Shown: positions 13,293 to 26,269, counted from the stretch's first letter. The stretch is 64,000 nucleotides of DNA from Octopus sinensis (GCF_006345805.1 NC_043012.1:7502001-7566000), one strand, 5' to 3'. Made by a program: numbers and translations. The notes: generated by a model not told the origin, from the sequence alone.

Positions 13293-13328
<36 letters not shown>

Positions 13329-13627
13329 TCAAAATACAAAGACCTGGAAATAGAGGTAACTCGAATGTGGAATCTAAAAACAGAAACAATTCCTATCATA
13401 GTGGGCGCATTAAGTATGATAAAAAAATATTCAGACATATACGTAACAAAAACACCAGGACTTATAAATATATATAACATACAGAAATTTGTACTACTGG
13501 GCACTGCACACATCCTACGCAAAACACTTTCAATACAGTAACCATCGCAGCAAACCACAGCACATGCCCAAGGCACACAGAACTGCGCTCGGTAGTGAAG
13601 TGAAAGCACGTTATAAAAATAAAACTA

Positions 13628-13630
<3 letters not shown>
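13329..13630 (+). mobile_element. 5'-truncated R4/Dong-clade LINE 3' end inside an (AAT)n array
   Basis: Open frame SKYKDLEIEVTRMWNLKTETIPIIVGALSM...LGTAHILRKTLSIQ* (stop at 13539-13541); (AAT)n on both sides. Confidence 0.8.
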
Positions 13631-13680
<50 letters not shown>

Positions 13681-13797
13681 TGATGATGATGATGATGATG
13701 AATGATGATGATGATGATGATAATAATAATAATAATAACGATGATGGTGATGATGATGATGATGATAATAATAATAATAATAATAATAACGATGATG

Positions 13798-13846
<49 letters not shown>

Positions 13847-13869
13847 CAACAACAATAATGATAATAACA

Positions 13870-14432
13870 ATAATACCAACAAAAGAAAACAGAAACGGAA
13901 AAATTTTCAAAGATACAAAGATCTGTAAATAAAGATAGCTCGAATGTGGAGCCTAAAAAAAGAAACCAAAAAACATTCAGGCAAATACATAACCAAAACA
14001 CCAGGACTTATGAATGTATAAATGATATACAGAAAATAGCACTACTAAGCACCGTGCACTCCTACGTAAAGCACTTTCAATAGAGTAAAAGTAAGAGCAC
14101 CACAACAAACCATCGCGCATACCCAGGCACACAGAGTTGCGCTCGGTGATGCAGTAAAAGGCGGCGAGCTGACAGAAACGTTAGCACGCCGGGCGAAATG
14201 CTTTGCGGTATTTCGTCTGCCGTTACGTTCTGAGTTCAAATTCCGCCGAGGTCGACTTTGCCTTTCATCCTTTCGGGGTCGATAAATTAAAGTACCAGTT
14301 ACGCACTTGGGTCGATGTAATCGACTTAATACCTATGTCTGTCCTTGTTTGTCCGCTCTATGTTTAGCCCCTTGTGGGTAATAAAGAAATAGGTAATGCA
14401 GTAAAAGCACGTGATAAAAATAAGACTACTGA
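13870..14432 (+). mobile_element. Second, more degenerate Dong-like 3' fragment interrupted by a SINE
   Basis: Colinear with 13329-13630; ends AAGACTACTGAATAAT. Confidence 0.7.
14161..14395 (+). mobile_element. SINE family 1 nested in the Dong fragment
   Basis: 12-bp TSD ATGCAGTAAAAG at 14149-14160 and 14396-14407. Confidence 0.88.
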
Positions 14433-15351
14433 ATAATAAATGATAATCATAGTGATGATAACAAATGGTGATGATTTCTCACATCCGCGCAGGCCATAAA
14501 TTTGAAGGGGTACATTGAATCGAGACTATTCTTGTATATGACTGGTATTTTATTTCATTGTATTTGGAGATGTATTTCTAGAGAATGTCAACCTCGGCAG
14601 AATTTTAACTGAGAATATAGAGAAAGGAAATGTAACGACAACATAACGTAAAGAATCTCGCCCAACGTTCCCACAACGACGATGATGACAACGCTGACAA
14701 TGATGATGACAACAACAACAACAAACAGCGACAACAAAGAAACAAACAGTCTTTCATAAACATATTCACAAGCTCCCGACTCGTTGAACCGCGTAAACGG
14801 AAACGGAAATGCAAGGAGCAGTAGGTCAGTGTGACGTAAATGTACTGCACCTATTGCTAAATTAGTCGTTAGTTTTTTTCCCCTTGATAAACGTGCCAAG
14901 CGAGGCTCACCCTCCTCTTCCTTCTCCTTTTCTTATACAAATCACTCACCCACCATTACCGCCACCACCACGTCTTTCTCGCGTGACTATCCATACGATG
15001 CAAAGAAATCTGGTTTAAAAACAATTATGCCAGGAACGATAACCAACTTGAAGCTGCATTGTAGATTCTGATGCGATTTCACAGTAATATCGAAATACAG
15101 CCCAGCTTTGTCTTGTGTTTAATATAAACGAGAATATAAGGCGGGCATGCTGAGTAGAAATGCTTAACGGCATTTCATCCGTCGTTGCGTTCTGAGTTCA
15201 AATTCCACCGAGATGGACTTTACTTTTTACTCTTTCGCGGTCTATAAAATAAGTTCCAATTGAACAGTCGATGCCGATATAATCGACTTAACCCTCCCCT
15301 AAAATTGGTGGTCCTGAGCCAAAGTTTGAAAGCAGTATAAACAAGAATATA

Positions 15352-15732
15352 GGCACAAGCCCCGAAATTTTGGGGGAGGGAGCCAGTCGATTAGATCGAC
15401 TCCAGTACGCAACTAGTACTTAATTTATCGACCCCAAAAGGATGAAAGGCAAAGTCGACCTCGGCGGAATTTGAATTCGGAACGTAAAAACAGACGAATA
15501 CCTATTTCTTTACTACGCACAAGGGGCTAACACAGAGAGGAAAACAAGGACAGACAAACGGATTAAGTCGATTACATCAACCCCAGTGCGTAACTGGTAC
15601 TTAATTTATCGACCCCAAAATGATGAAAGGCAAAGTCGATCTCAGCGGAATTTGAACTCAGAACGTAACGGCAGACGAAATACGGCTACGCATTTCGCCC
15701 GGCGTGCTAACGATTCTGCCAGCTCGCCGCCT
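15352..15732 (-). mobile_element. SINE family 1 dimer
   Basis: Two body units joined at the tail/GGTATTCGTC-type junction. Confidence 0.8.
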
Positions 15733-16329
15733 TATGTACCTGTCTATATTGAAGGGAAAAAAAGTAAAGATTTCAATCTCTGTAAAGTTTCAACGTTCAT
15801 ATTGATCTTCAATATTTCCCCACGGAGATATATAACAGCACAAGTACACAAATCACGTGGAATGTGTATAGAAAGTATTTTTTCCAAAACAGGTAGTTAG
15901 AATTTATTTGCAGTCTGTCTCTCAAACATTAAGTGGTGTGCATGAAAGAGAGACAAGAAAAAGTAACAAGATTCTGCTCGTATATAAACAAGGAACTTTT
16001 TGTGAAAGCTTGAGATAAAATAATTGCCAAAAATTGCCACTGTAGTAAATAAACAAAGCTGACTGTGTGAAGAACTGCGTCGAGAAATGACTGATAACGA
16101 AATTCAAATTAGATTAAATGTTTTATCAGAGGAGTAAAACCTCTCGACGAACGAAATTACACGAGTATCGATGAAACTGCAAATTCGTATAGAAGCCAAA
16201 TGGAAACTCTTCACGCGGTATCTCGACTGGGTAGAATTAAGAGTCAAATCTTCGTCAAAATCATCACACCTTGAACCCTTGAAAAAAGAACGTTCTATAT
16301 GTGTGTGTGTGTGTGTGAGTGTGTGTGTG

Positions 16330-16630
16330 TCGAGGCGCAATGGCCCAGTGGTTAGGGCAGCGGACTCGCGGTCGCAGGATCGTGGTTTCGATTCTCAGAC
16401 CGAGCGTTGTGTGTGTTTATTGAGCGAAAACACCTAAAAGCTCTACGAAGCTCCGGCTGGGGGTGGTGGCGACTCCTGTTGTACTCTTTCACCCCAACTT
16501 TCTCTCACTCTTTCTTCCTGTTTCTTGAGTAACGCTGCGATGGACTGGCGTCCCGTCCAGCTGGGGGTAACGCATACGCCATAGAAACTGGGCCCATGAA
16601 CCTGGCTAGGCTTGAAAAGGGTGCATAAAT
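16330..16630 (+). mobile_element. tRNA-derived SINE, family 3 variant
   Basis: Head GAGGCGCAATGGCCCAGTGGTTAGGGCAGCGGACTCGCGG shared with the family 3 copies; different tail. Confidence 0.75.
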
Positions 16631-16645
16631 AAATAAATATATACA

Positions 16646-17039
16646 TCTTTATATATAAAAGTGAAGTTGTGTGTCTGTCTCCTACGATTTAGATTCCTAA
16701 CTACTCCCACATTTTGCGATGCAGTTTAACCAAAACCGGGTATCTTATAGTCGTGATTCATATCGAGCCCTTCTGGGTATTAGCGCGCGTCTACGATGAG
16801 TCTACGATTAAAAAAAAAAATTACCATCATTTTTTCCATTTTAATGCATTTTTTCGCTAGTATATAAGGGAAGTAACTCTCTAAAACTGTCTACGATGAG
16901 TCAACGATTTAAAAAAAAATTTACCATAATTTTTTTTCCATTTTTAATGCATTTTTTGCTATTTTTTGGCTATAACTCTAAAAATGCTTATATAGTTATT
17001 TCCCTTACAAACCCGAGCAACGCCGGGCGATACTGCTAG
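16646..17039 (+). mobile_element. Non-autonomous Helitron (~394 bp)
   Basis: Starts A|TC, ends CCCGAGCAACGCCGGG...CTAG|T; AT insertion site, no TSD. Confidence 0.85.
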
Positions 17040-17709
17040 TATATATATATATATAAACTTCGAGAGCTTACACGCATCCCCTTCCTCCCCCTCCCCCCTT
17101 TTTTCATTTTTCTTTTCTTTTGTTCCTTTTCCCTTACTTTTTTTTTCTTTTATTCTTTTTATTTTTTATTCTATTTTTTTTTCATTTTTTATTTTTATTT
17201 TTTTTGTTCTTTTCTTCCCTTTTACGATCCCTCTTGATCGAAAACCTACGCCACCCCCTTTTTTTCATCCCCCAAAAGAAAAGCTCTACCTTGTAACTTG
17301 TCCCATCTGTGTGCAGCCCTGTGTGGCCAATAAAGAAACTTATCTCACAGAAAATAGCACTGTTAGATAAGGCACATATAACGTAGAGTGCTTTTAATGC
17401 ATTTGGACTCTTTTTCAGGCGGCGGCATAGTGGGTCCCACTCACTACGTTCTGGTATCCCTCCGCACTCTCTCTCTCTCTCCGCTCTCTCATAAACAAGC
17501 TTCACTGTGTCGGCTGATGTTTTCTCCATAGAGGGAGAAAAACCAAAAAAATTCATTACAAAGACAAAATGAAATGACGTCCACTAAAAATGAGTAACAA
17601 ACTCACCAGTCGACGGTAAAACACTCATCTTCTACGATGGTATAAATTTCAAAAATAAATGCAACGGTTCTCGTTGATTTATATTTGTTGTGTTTACAAA
17701 AATTGGAAA

Positions 17710-18101
17710 TGGAAGCACTCCGTCGGTTACGACGACGAGGGTTCCGGTTGATCCGAATCAACGGAACAGCCTGCTCGTGAAATTAACGTGTAAGTGGCTG
17801 GGCACTCCACAGACACGTGTACCCTTAACGTAGTTCTCGGGGATATTCAGCGTGACACAGAGAGTGACAAGGCCGGCCTTTGAAATACAGGTACAGAAAC
17901 AGAAACAGGAAGTAGAGTGAGAGAAAGTTGGGGGTGAAGTGAAAAGAGTACAGCAGGGATCACCACCATCCCCTGCCGGAGCCTCGTGGAGCTTTTAGAT
18001 GTTTTCGCTCAATAAACACTCACAACGCCCGGTCTGGGAATCGAAACCGCGATCCTACGACCGCGAGTCCGCTTCCCTAACCACTGGGCCATTGCGCCTC
18101 C
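17710..18101 (-). mobile_element. tRNA-derived SINE, family 3
   Basis: Near-identical to the 28308, 38191 and 41806 copies; TSD-like TTACAAAAATT on both sides. Confidence 0.88.
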
Positions 18102-18438
18102 ACTTACAAAAATTACAGGGCCAGTGTCAAGCTAATAACAATAGTTATCCTTTCTTCTAATAACAGTAACAATCCTTTCGCTAATAACAATAGAAATCCT
18201 TTCTACTAAAGACACAGGGCCTGAAATTTTGTGGAAGGGGACTAGTCAATTGCATCGTCTCCCAGCGTTTCATTAGTACTTGATTTATCGACCCCGAAAA
18301 GATGAAAGGCAAAGTCGAACTCAGCAGAATTTGAACTCAGAATGTAAGGACAAACGAAATGCCGGTAGGCATTTTTGTCCGGCGCGGTAACGATTCTGCC
18401 AGCGAGCCGCCTTAATGATACTACAACTGCTGCTGCTG

Positions 18439-18471
<33 letters not shown>

Positions 18472-18510
18472 ATACTACTACTACTACTACTAATAATATA
18501 ATAATAATAA

Positions 18511-19070
18511 ATGCCCTGATGCAGTATGCCCAGGCGCAGAGGCTCTCATGGCTTCTGATCTTGACTGATTGGAAGTGTTATCATGTACATTGTTTTGTCT
18601 TGTATTAAAGATGGGCTACAGCAAATATTCTGCTCATACCATAGATTTGCTAGTCAGTTGTTTGACCTTAACCATGTGAGCATGTCCCTTAGTGGCTGAC
18701 GCTATGTGCATCTCTGATCACGAGCAGAAGTAGTGGGGGAGCATCATAGTTATGTGTTGAGAGGGATTCTTTGGGGTTTGAATAATTCCCCTCTGGAAAC
18801 ATGGGTGGTTCTTTCAACATCCTTAACAACCCTTATTCAGGGACCGTTTGAGCGGGATGGGCTACTCAACCTGAAGAAAATTCTAACTGGGCCCCACCTG
18901 CAAGGTCATGTGCTGTTTATCTTGATATGAGATCACCATGTCGCGCACATATGGTTGTAATGCATGTGCCTGGTGTACCTTTATCAGACGGGTAGTCATG
19001 ATGGGTATATTGGGCTTCGTATATTTTACCCCAGTGTCACTTTGATGGCATGAACTGCTCTCTCACTCAA
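18511..19070 (+). mobile_element. ~560-bp non-coding interspersed element inserted in (AAT)n
   Basis: Near-identical inverted copy at 39324-39881; both copies are flanked by AAT/TAA repeats. Confidence 0.8.
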
Positions 19071-19159
19071 TATAATAATAATAATAACTCAGAACGTAGC
19101 GACGGCATTTCGTCCGGCGTGCTAACATTTCTACCAGTTCACTACCTGAACCAATAATA

Positions 19160-19245
<86 letters not shown>

Positions 19246-19685
19246 GGCCTGAAATTTTGGGGTAAAGAATAGTCGATTATATCTACCCCATTGCTCGACT
19301 GTTACTCATTTTATCGACTTGAAAGGATGAATTATTCAACTGCGGCGAATGATTTCAACTCAGAACATAATGCCACTAAAACATTTGTCCAGCGAAGTAA
19401 CGATTTTGCCACCTCTCCGACTTAATTCTTATAAGAATGGTCTCAAATTTTAGCACAAGGCCAGCAATTTCGGGGAAGTGGGTACGTCAATTACATCGAC
19501 TCTAGTACTATAATTGGTACTTATTTTATCGACCTAGAATTCGAACTCAGAACGTAGCTACGGGCGAAATGTCGCTAAGCATTTTGCCCGGCGTGCTAAC
19601 AAGTCTACCAACTCACTGCCTGAACAACAACAACAACAACAGCAACAACAAGAACAAGAACAACAACAACAACAACAACAACAAC

Positions 19686-19720
<35 letters not shown>

Positions 19721-19746
19721 TAATAATAATAATAAATAAATAATAC

Positions 19747-19879
19747 CGTGGAGGACATTTCTGCGTGGAGCAATTCTTTGGTTGTGGTAACTGAATGTCA
19801 TCCAGCGACGTACAGTGTTCATTGTCGACCACTGAGCTTGCTTTTGTGTCCAAACACACTTTCTTGGGTTGTCTTACAC
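19747..19879 (-). CDS. Exon of ADAMTSL1/3 (punctin/MADD-4)-like gene, TSP1 repeat (GVRQPKKVCLDTKASSVVDNEHC...KNCSTQKCPPR)
   Basis: Polypyrimidine acceptor ctttctctctccag and GT donor; 133 bp, phase 1 in and phase 2 out; joins the 11418-11619 exon as CG|G TGG (PPR-W). Cys spacing resembles human ADAMTSL1 GYQLTSAECYDLRSNRVVADQYC...CNLDPCPARW (recalled). Confidence 0.85.
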
Positions 19880-19985
19880 CTGGAGAGAGAAAGATTGAGA
19901 GAGATAGAGTGTGTTTGTGATAGACAGAAGATTGATAGATAGAGAGATAGAGAGATTGATAGATAAAAGCGTCAAAGACTTACAG

Positions 19986-20022
<37 letters not shown>

Positions 20023-20282
20023 ATATAATAGAAATATGTTACAAAAAGAAATAGAAACTACACGTGGAAATGTAACGGAAAGTAGGAAGGAAAATAATCG
20101 AAAATGCACATTGGAAATCAAAAAAAGTAAAGGCTTTTTATGAAAAGTAACGATAGATATATACAATTAGATGAACTGAGATAGGAAGAAAAGTAATAAA
20201 AGTCATTATTGTGAATTGTTAAAGATATTTCAAAGCATACCGGTTTCGTGAATTTACTAATCATTACTTTGAATGCACATCG

Positions 20283-20322
<40 letters not shown>

Positions 20323-20579
20323 ATGTATATAGAAAATGGGAGACGGAAGATATAAAGATGCAAGAATTTTTATTAATCACTACAATTGTATATATACACA
20401 CACAAGAAACAATAGGACGCATACATACACACATACATGTATGTAGACAAACAGACAGACTGATGTATAAAAATAGAAGACACTGACAAAGTGTAATCAT
20501 AGATAAAATATATCTGTTGAAGAACATTCAAGGAAAAAAATGTTAAAAATGCATCTATATATCTATCTATCTATCTATA

Positions 20580-20618
<39 letters not shown>

Positions 20619-21001
20619 TCTTATATATATATATATATATCTATCTATCTATCTATCAATCTGTCTGTCTGTCTCTGTCTCTCTCTCTCTCTCTCTCTCT
20701 ATCTATATATATATATACTATATATATATAAATTACAATAATATGTATATACAATATATATATATAAATACAATATATATGTATATACAATATATATATA
20801 TAAATACAATATATATGTATATACAATATATATTATATATATACACTATGTAGATATACATGTATATATATATATTATATATAGATATATAATATATATA
20901 TACATGTATATCTACATATGTATATATATATATTCAAAAACATATCGATAATATATACATAAATATATGCACCTTATATATATTATATATATATATATAA
21001 T

Positions 21002-21053
<52 letters not shown>

Positions 21054-21419
21054 ATACATGTATATATATATATATATATTATATATATATATATCCGAGG
21101 TTTCTATGTGTGGTTGGGATGTATAAAGTATTTTTTGTCCCTTCAAAGTGTGTTTGATATAAGTTTGAGTTCAAATCGAATGAGTTTGAATTGATGCGTT
21201 GCTGTCACTGATTTTATATGCTTCGGTTTAAAATATTTGAATGTATTTAGATATTCCGTGTCGACATGCAAAGGTTCTTTCTAAATGTTTGCTAATGAGG
21301 ATATATTTTGCAAATGTGATTTCATGCTTCCGTTGTATTTTCTTTCTTTTTTTTTTTTTCTTAAAGAAAAAACAACAAAAAAAAAATCAGGATTTTTGAT
21401 AACATTACAGGATTTAGAT

Positions 21420-21870
21420 CGATTAATGAAAGAGGAAATATAACAATATAATGTTCGGAAGCATAATGGCTCGAATTTTGAAGAACGCGTCGAAATGTAC
21501 TGGATTGGCAAAATCGAGGGAGCATCGATGTAGAAAACGACTCCTAGTATTCATTTAACGCATTTTAGATAAACAGTTTAGCAATTTGCTAAATGATGCG
21601 TAATGCGTAATGCGAGTACGAACACGAATACATTTCAGCCGGCTGAAATGGTGTTCATTCGAAGTACTCTGGAATAACGTTACTCGAAGCTCGGAGATCA
21701 AGAAGACAATCCAGGTTGATCTGGTAGCTCTTCGCATTGAGAGGTCACGGCTGGCTCTTGTATTACGGACATGTGATTAGAATATCGCATAAAAGAATCA
21801 CAACATAGATTCTTCAAGCCGGGCCAATCTGCAGGAGAGATAAGGGTTTGACCAAGAACGAGGTGATTGG
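21420..21870 (+). mobile_element. Degenerate RTE-like LINE C-terminal fragment
   Basis: Frameshifted remnants such as LLYYGHVIRISHKRIT resemble RWxGHVxRM...R motifs. Confidence 0.45.
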
Positions 21871-22258
21871 ATAATATGCGTTGTCTCAGTTCGCCACGCT
21901 TGGGGGGAAAAGTGTAATGGGGGTGGCTTCTGATAGAAACCTTATGGAGAAGGTCCCTGAGGATTCACCGCCCGAGGATAGTGGACGGAGAAGATGGTTG
22001 GATGGATAGAAGCTGAACGCCACATAAATATACAGATCACTTTATTTGATTCCAGTCTAACAATGCTACATTCCTACAGTATTTTGCAAAATAACCCCCT
22101 CTCTTTTTCTCTCTCTGTCTTTCTGTCTGTCTATCTCTATTTCTTTATCTGACTCTCAATTTTATGCATCTCTCTTTCTCTCTCTTTCAGTACATACTCA
22201 CAAACACACACACACACGCACACACACCCACACACAACACACACACACACACACACAC

Positions 22259-22358
22259 NNNNNNNNNNNNNNNNNNNNNNNNNNNNNNNNNNNNNNNNNN
22301 NNNNNNNNNNNNNNNNNNNNNNNNNNNNNNNNNNNNNNNNNNNNNNNNNNNNNNNNNN
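22259..22358. other. Assembly gap (100 N)
   Basis: Run of exactly 100 N, typical of a placeholder of unknown size. Confidence 1.
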
Positions 22359-23119
22359 CAGAGAGGGACAAACAAGGACAGACAAAAGTATTAAGTCGAT
22401 TATATCGACCCCAGTGCGTAACTGGTACTTGTTTAATCGACCCCGAAAGGATGAAAGGCCAAGTCGAACTCGGCGAAATTTAAACTGAGAACGTATCGGC
22501 AGACGAGACACTACTGTTTCTTTACCACCCACAAGGGGCTAAACACAGAGAGGACAAACAAGGACAGACAAAAGTATTAAGTCGATTATATCGACCCCAG
22601 TGCGTAACTGGTACTTGTTTAATCGACCCCGAAAGGATGAAAGGCAAAGTCGAACTCGGCGAAATTTAAACTGAGAACGTATCGGCAGACGAAATACCTG
22701 TTTCTTTACCACCCACAAGGGGCTAAACACAGAGAGGACAAACAAGGACAGACCAAAAGTATTAAGTCGATATATCGACCCCATAGTGCGTAACTGGTAC
22801 TTGTTTAATCGACCCCGAAAGGATGAAAGGCCAAGTCGAACTCGGCGAAATTTAAACTGAGAACGTATCGGCAGACGAAATACCTGTTTCTTTACCACCC
22901 ACAAGGGGCTAAACACAGAGAGGACAAACAAGGACAGACAAAAGTATTAAGTCGATTATATCGACCCCAGTGCGTAACTGGTACTTGTTTAATCGACCCC
23001 GAAAGGATGAAAGGCAAAGTCGAACTCGGCGAAATTTAAACTGAGAACGTATCGGCAGACGAAATACCGCTAAGCATTTGGCCCGGCGTGCAAACGATTC
23101 TGCCATCTCGCCGCCTTAC
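22359..23119 (-). repeat. Head-to-tail array of at least four ~185-bp SINE family 1 body units with one head at about 23060-23119
   Basis: Unit AGAGGACAAACAAGGACAGAC...ACCCACAAGGGGCTAAACAC repeated nearly identically; the array runs into the gap. Confidence 0.88.
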
Positions 23120-23460
23120 AAGTATTGCCATCGCCTGATCGAAAGTCCCACACATGCGAAGGCTACGACCAGCCATTTTTGTGATAGGTCTTATTTTTTT
23201 TTCTTCTTCAAGCGATGCCTGTGCATAATGATTTTTCATAGTGGGGAAGGATTTGCACCAATGCATTCCCACTCTCTAAACATGGACAACATAAACTCGA
23301 AAAGAAGAACTAGTCTCATTCATCGAATATTGTCAGTGTCGCAGGTTTTCCCTCAGAGTTTCCGTCCCCTAGAGAGATGGCGTGACAACAGAGGAGCCTT
23401 CCACTTCCAGTGGTCTAACCACGCGCCTGGACACCAACCCAAGTATTTCCACGTCCTTAG

Positions 23461-24113
23461 GGTTTAACTGCTCTTTCTAGTGGAAGCTCGTCAGATATCC
23501 TATTTTTTGGTTATCTCTTATGTGTTTGAATGTACACTCTATTCTTCTCTGAATAATCTATAGTCTATTGACTAAATTTTTTTTTTCTCGCTAGACCACA
23601 GGTAACAAGAATTTTTCGATAAATATTCTTGCTACCCTAAGATTTTTTAATCAATGATAAAATGTTTTTGGCAAATTTTGGAAGAAAATCGGCAATTTAT
23701 TTACTGCCGGTGGATTCGAAAAATTATAACATATAGACACGTGGCTGGTTATTTATCGCCCCGTATCTATGTGTTCGATCCTTGGCATCCTACTGAAGAA
23801 GCAGCGCCAGATATAGATTGGAATTATTTTATTTCAATCTATATTTAAGACTGCAGAAAATATGCATAGTCTAGGACAATAAGGTGAAAGTTTTTATTTT
23901 TCATTCACTTTCAGAATTACAACAATTAGTGGCTTGGAGTTTAACTGCTCTTTCTAGTGAGTCAGATATCCTATTTTTTGGTTATCTGTTATGTGTTTGA
24001 ATGTACACTGTATTGTTCTCTGAATAATCTATAGTCTATTGACTAAATTTTATCCTCGCTAGACCACTGGTAACAAAGAATTTTTCGATAAATATCTTGC
24101 AACCCTAAGATTT

Positions 24114-24118
<5 letters not shown>
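23461..24118. repeat. Local ~190-bp direct duplication (about 23461-23650 and 23939-24118)
   Basis: GTTTAACTGCTCTTTCTAGTG...GTCAGATATCCTATTTTTTGGTTATCT...CCCTAAGATTTTTTAAT occurs twice. Confidence 0.75.
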
Positions 24119-24186
<68 letters not shown>

Positions 24187-25264
24187 TATATATATAGATT
24201 GAATAGAAATACATCACGTGCAGAATTCAGTGCACAATACTGCAATACTTAGCATGTGTAACCACGGAAGTTACCTAGAGACCTTACAGATCTAGGGGAC
24301 CGATTCTGATCTATGTATATGGTGGCTTGCTACCAATAAAAAATTCTACAGGGTCCAGTGCATTGGTTTGTCCGGGGACCTATGAATCTACTAAAACGGC
24401 CCTGTGTGTATCCATTGTAGACACCCGATTTATGAGGTTGGATCCTTCGTAAATGCCAGGTTAGTATTTAAGTCGAGACATTGCGTTGTTGTTTAGCGTT
24501 CCACTTGGTCTTTTTTTTTTGTGACAGTTCATTCCCTCGACAAGTCTTTTCTTCGACGTGTCGTTTCTGTAGAGGTAACCATTGTTAATACATTTGTGAT
24601 GTATTTAATAAATAGACGACGATAAATAGCAGTTTGTATGCTGCATATTCAGTTCACAAAATCATAGTAAATTACGTATAATTCTTCCCTTCTGTTTATT
24701 TAACCAGGAACAAAATTCTTACAGCAGTTGAATAAATAACAGCAACATAAGATGAATCACAGGACATGAACCAATATGACCTGAAACTCTTAACTCGTAT
24801 AAGCTCATTTACAGTCACGGAATCGACCAGTCGCAAGCAATTCAATTCACTTCTGTAAAAGACGCCATTTTGACGAGACGACTTCTTATGTGTTCGGATT
24901 GAATTATTTAGCTTGTTAAAAGACATTTCTATAACGTGAGCCATTTTGAAGTATGAGTTCAAAAATATTACAGTATGTTTTTTACTGAGATTTTATGTTA
25001 ACATTTTATTTCACTGCTTTGTGATTATGTATTGTGATAGTATATTCATTGTATTCCGTGATTATAAACGAAGTTGTTATTTTTTAATTGCGTTGCATTA
25101 TATTGATAGCAGTGTCTGTGATTTGTATCAAATACTAAATACAAGACTCTACCCCCCCCCCACCTTTATTGACGGAAGCGACCCAAGACACTCGCAGCAT
25201 TACCAAAAGCGATAGCAAGGCTGAGACTCTGGAACAGCTAAGCGCATCCTCCGAACGTCTGAAA

Positions 25265-25565
25265 TCTTTATATATAAAAGTGAAGTTGTGTGCTGTCTGT
25301 CTCCTACGATTTAGATTCCTAACTACTCCCACATTTTGCGGTGCAGTGTAACCAAAAGCGGGTATCTTATAGTCGTGATTCATATCGAGCCCTTCTGGGT
25401 ATTAGCGCGCGTCTACGATGAGTCTACGATTTAAAAAAAATTTACCATAATTTTTTCCCATTTTTAATGCAATTTTTTGCTATTATATAAGGGAAGTAAC
25501 TCTCTAAAAATGCTTATATAGTTTTTTCCCTTAAAAACCCGAGCAACGCCGGGCGATACTGCTAG
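25265..25565 (+). mobile_element. Non-autonomous Helitron, shorter variant (301 bp)
   Basis: A|TC...CTAG|T termini; lacks one internal duplicated segment present in the other copies. Confidence 0.85.
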
Positions 25566-25703
25566 TCTCATATAAGTTACCTACAATTGTTAATACTAAC
25601 AATTTATGATTTTAGATTCAGCTGCAATTTTTACATCGATATTAATGTCACGAGATCAAGTTGTTACGTTTACAATGCCGTTATTTATATCCAATTGTTT
25701 TTA

Positions 25704-26269
25704 TTAGGTTGTCTGGAAAGTTCGTGCCGATTTATAGTAGCTTACTTTTCGACTTATTTCAGAACATGGTTGAGTCCATAAAATAGGATTTGACTACACC
25801 TCCAGTTAGGGCACAGTTTAAGCTATCTTTTCGTGGAAGAAAGTTTATGTTCCCATAACCTGTGTTAATTCTGTAACCCTTTAAAATGGAAGATAAGAAA
25901 GTTTATTTTCGGCACTTGATGCTTTGAGAATCAGATAAAAAATACTGCAGCTTGGCTGGAATGTGTTACCCCACCCTCCATATTCACCAGATATTGCTCC
26001 TTCGGATTTCCACTTATTCAGGTCTCTGCAGAATAGTCTTAATGGTAAAATTTCAATTTCTTCGATGACGTAAAAAGATACCTTGATGAATTCTTTGCCA
26101 TGAACCCACCTCAATTCTGGGAAGAGGTATTTCAAGTTGTTAAAGGAAAGATGGAGACGCATTGTGCAACAAAATGGTTCATATTTGGTCGATTAAAAAT
26201 GTAATGGAAGGTATTCATTGACCTTTTTCTTTCCTTTAAAAATCGGCAAGAACTTTCCGGACAACCCAA
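25704..26269 (+). mobile_element. Internally deleted mariner transposon
   Basis: 30-bp TIRs (27/30 match), TA TSDs at 25702-25703 and 26270-26271; internal [21 protein letters not shown]...ERWRRIVQQNGSY transposase C-terminus. Confidence 0.9.

Noticed and set aside
22359-23119. Regular repeat array resembling a CRISPR or satellite locus
   Set aside because: Units are contiguous SINE bodies with no unique spacers; eukaryotic context, no cas genes.
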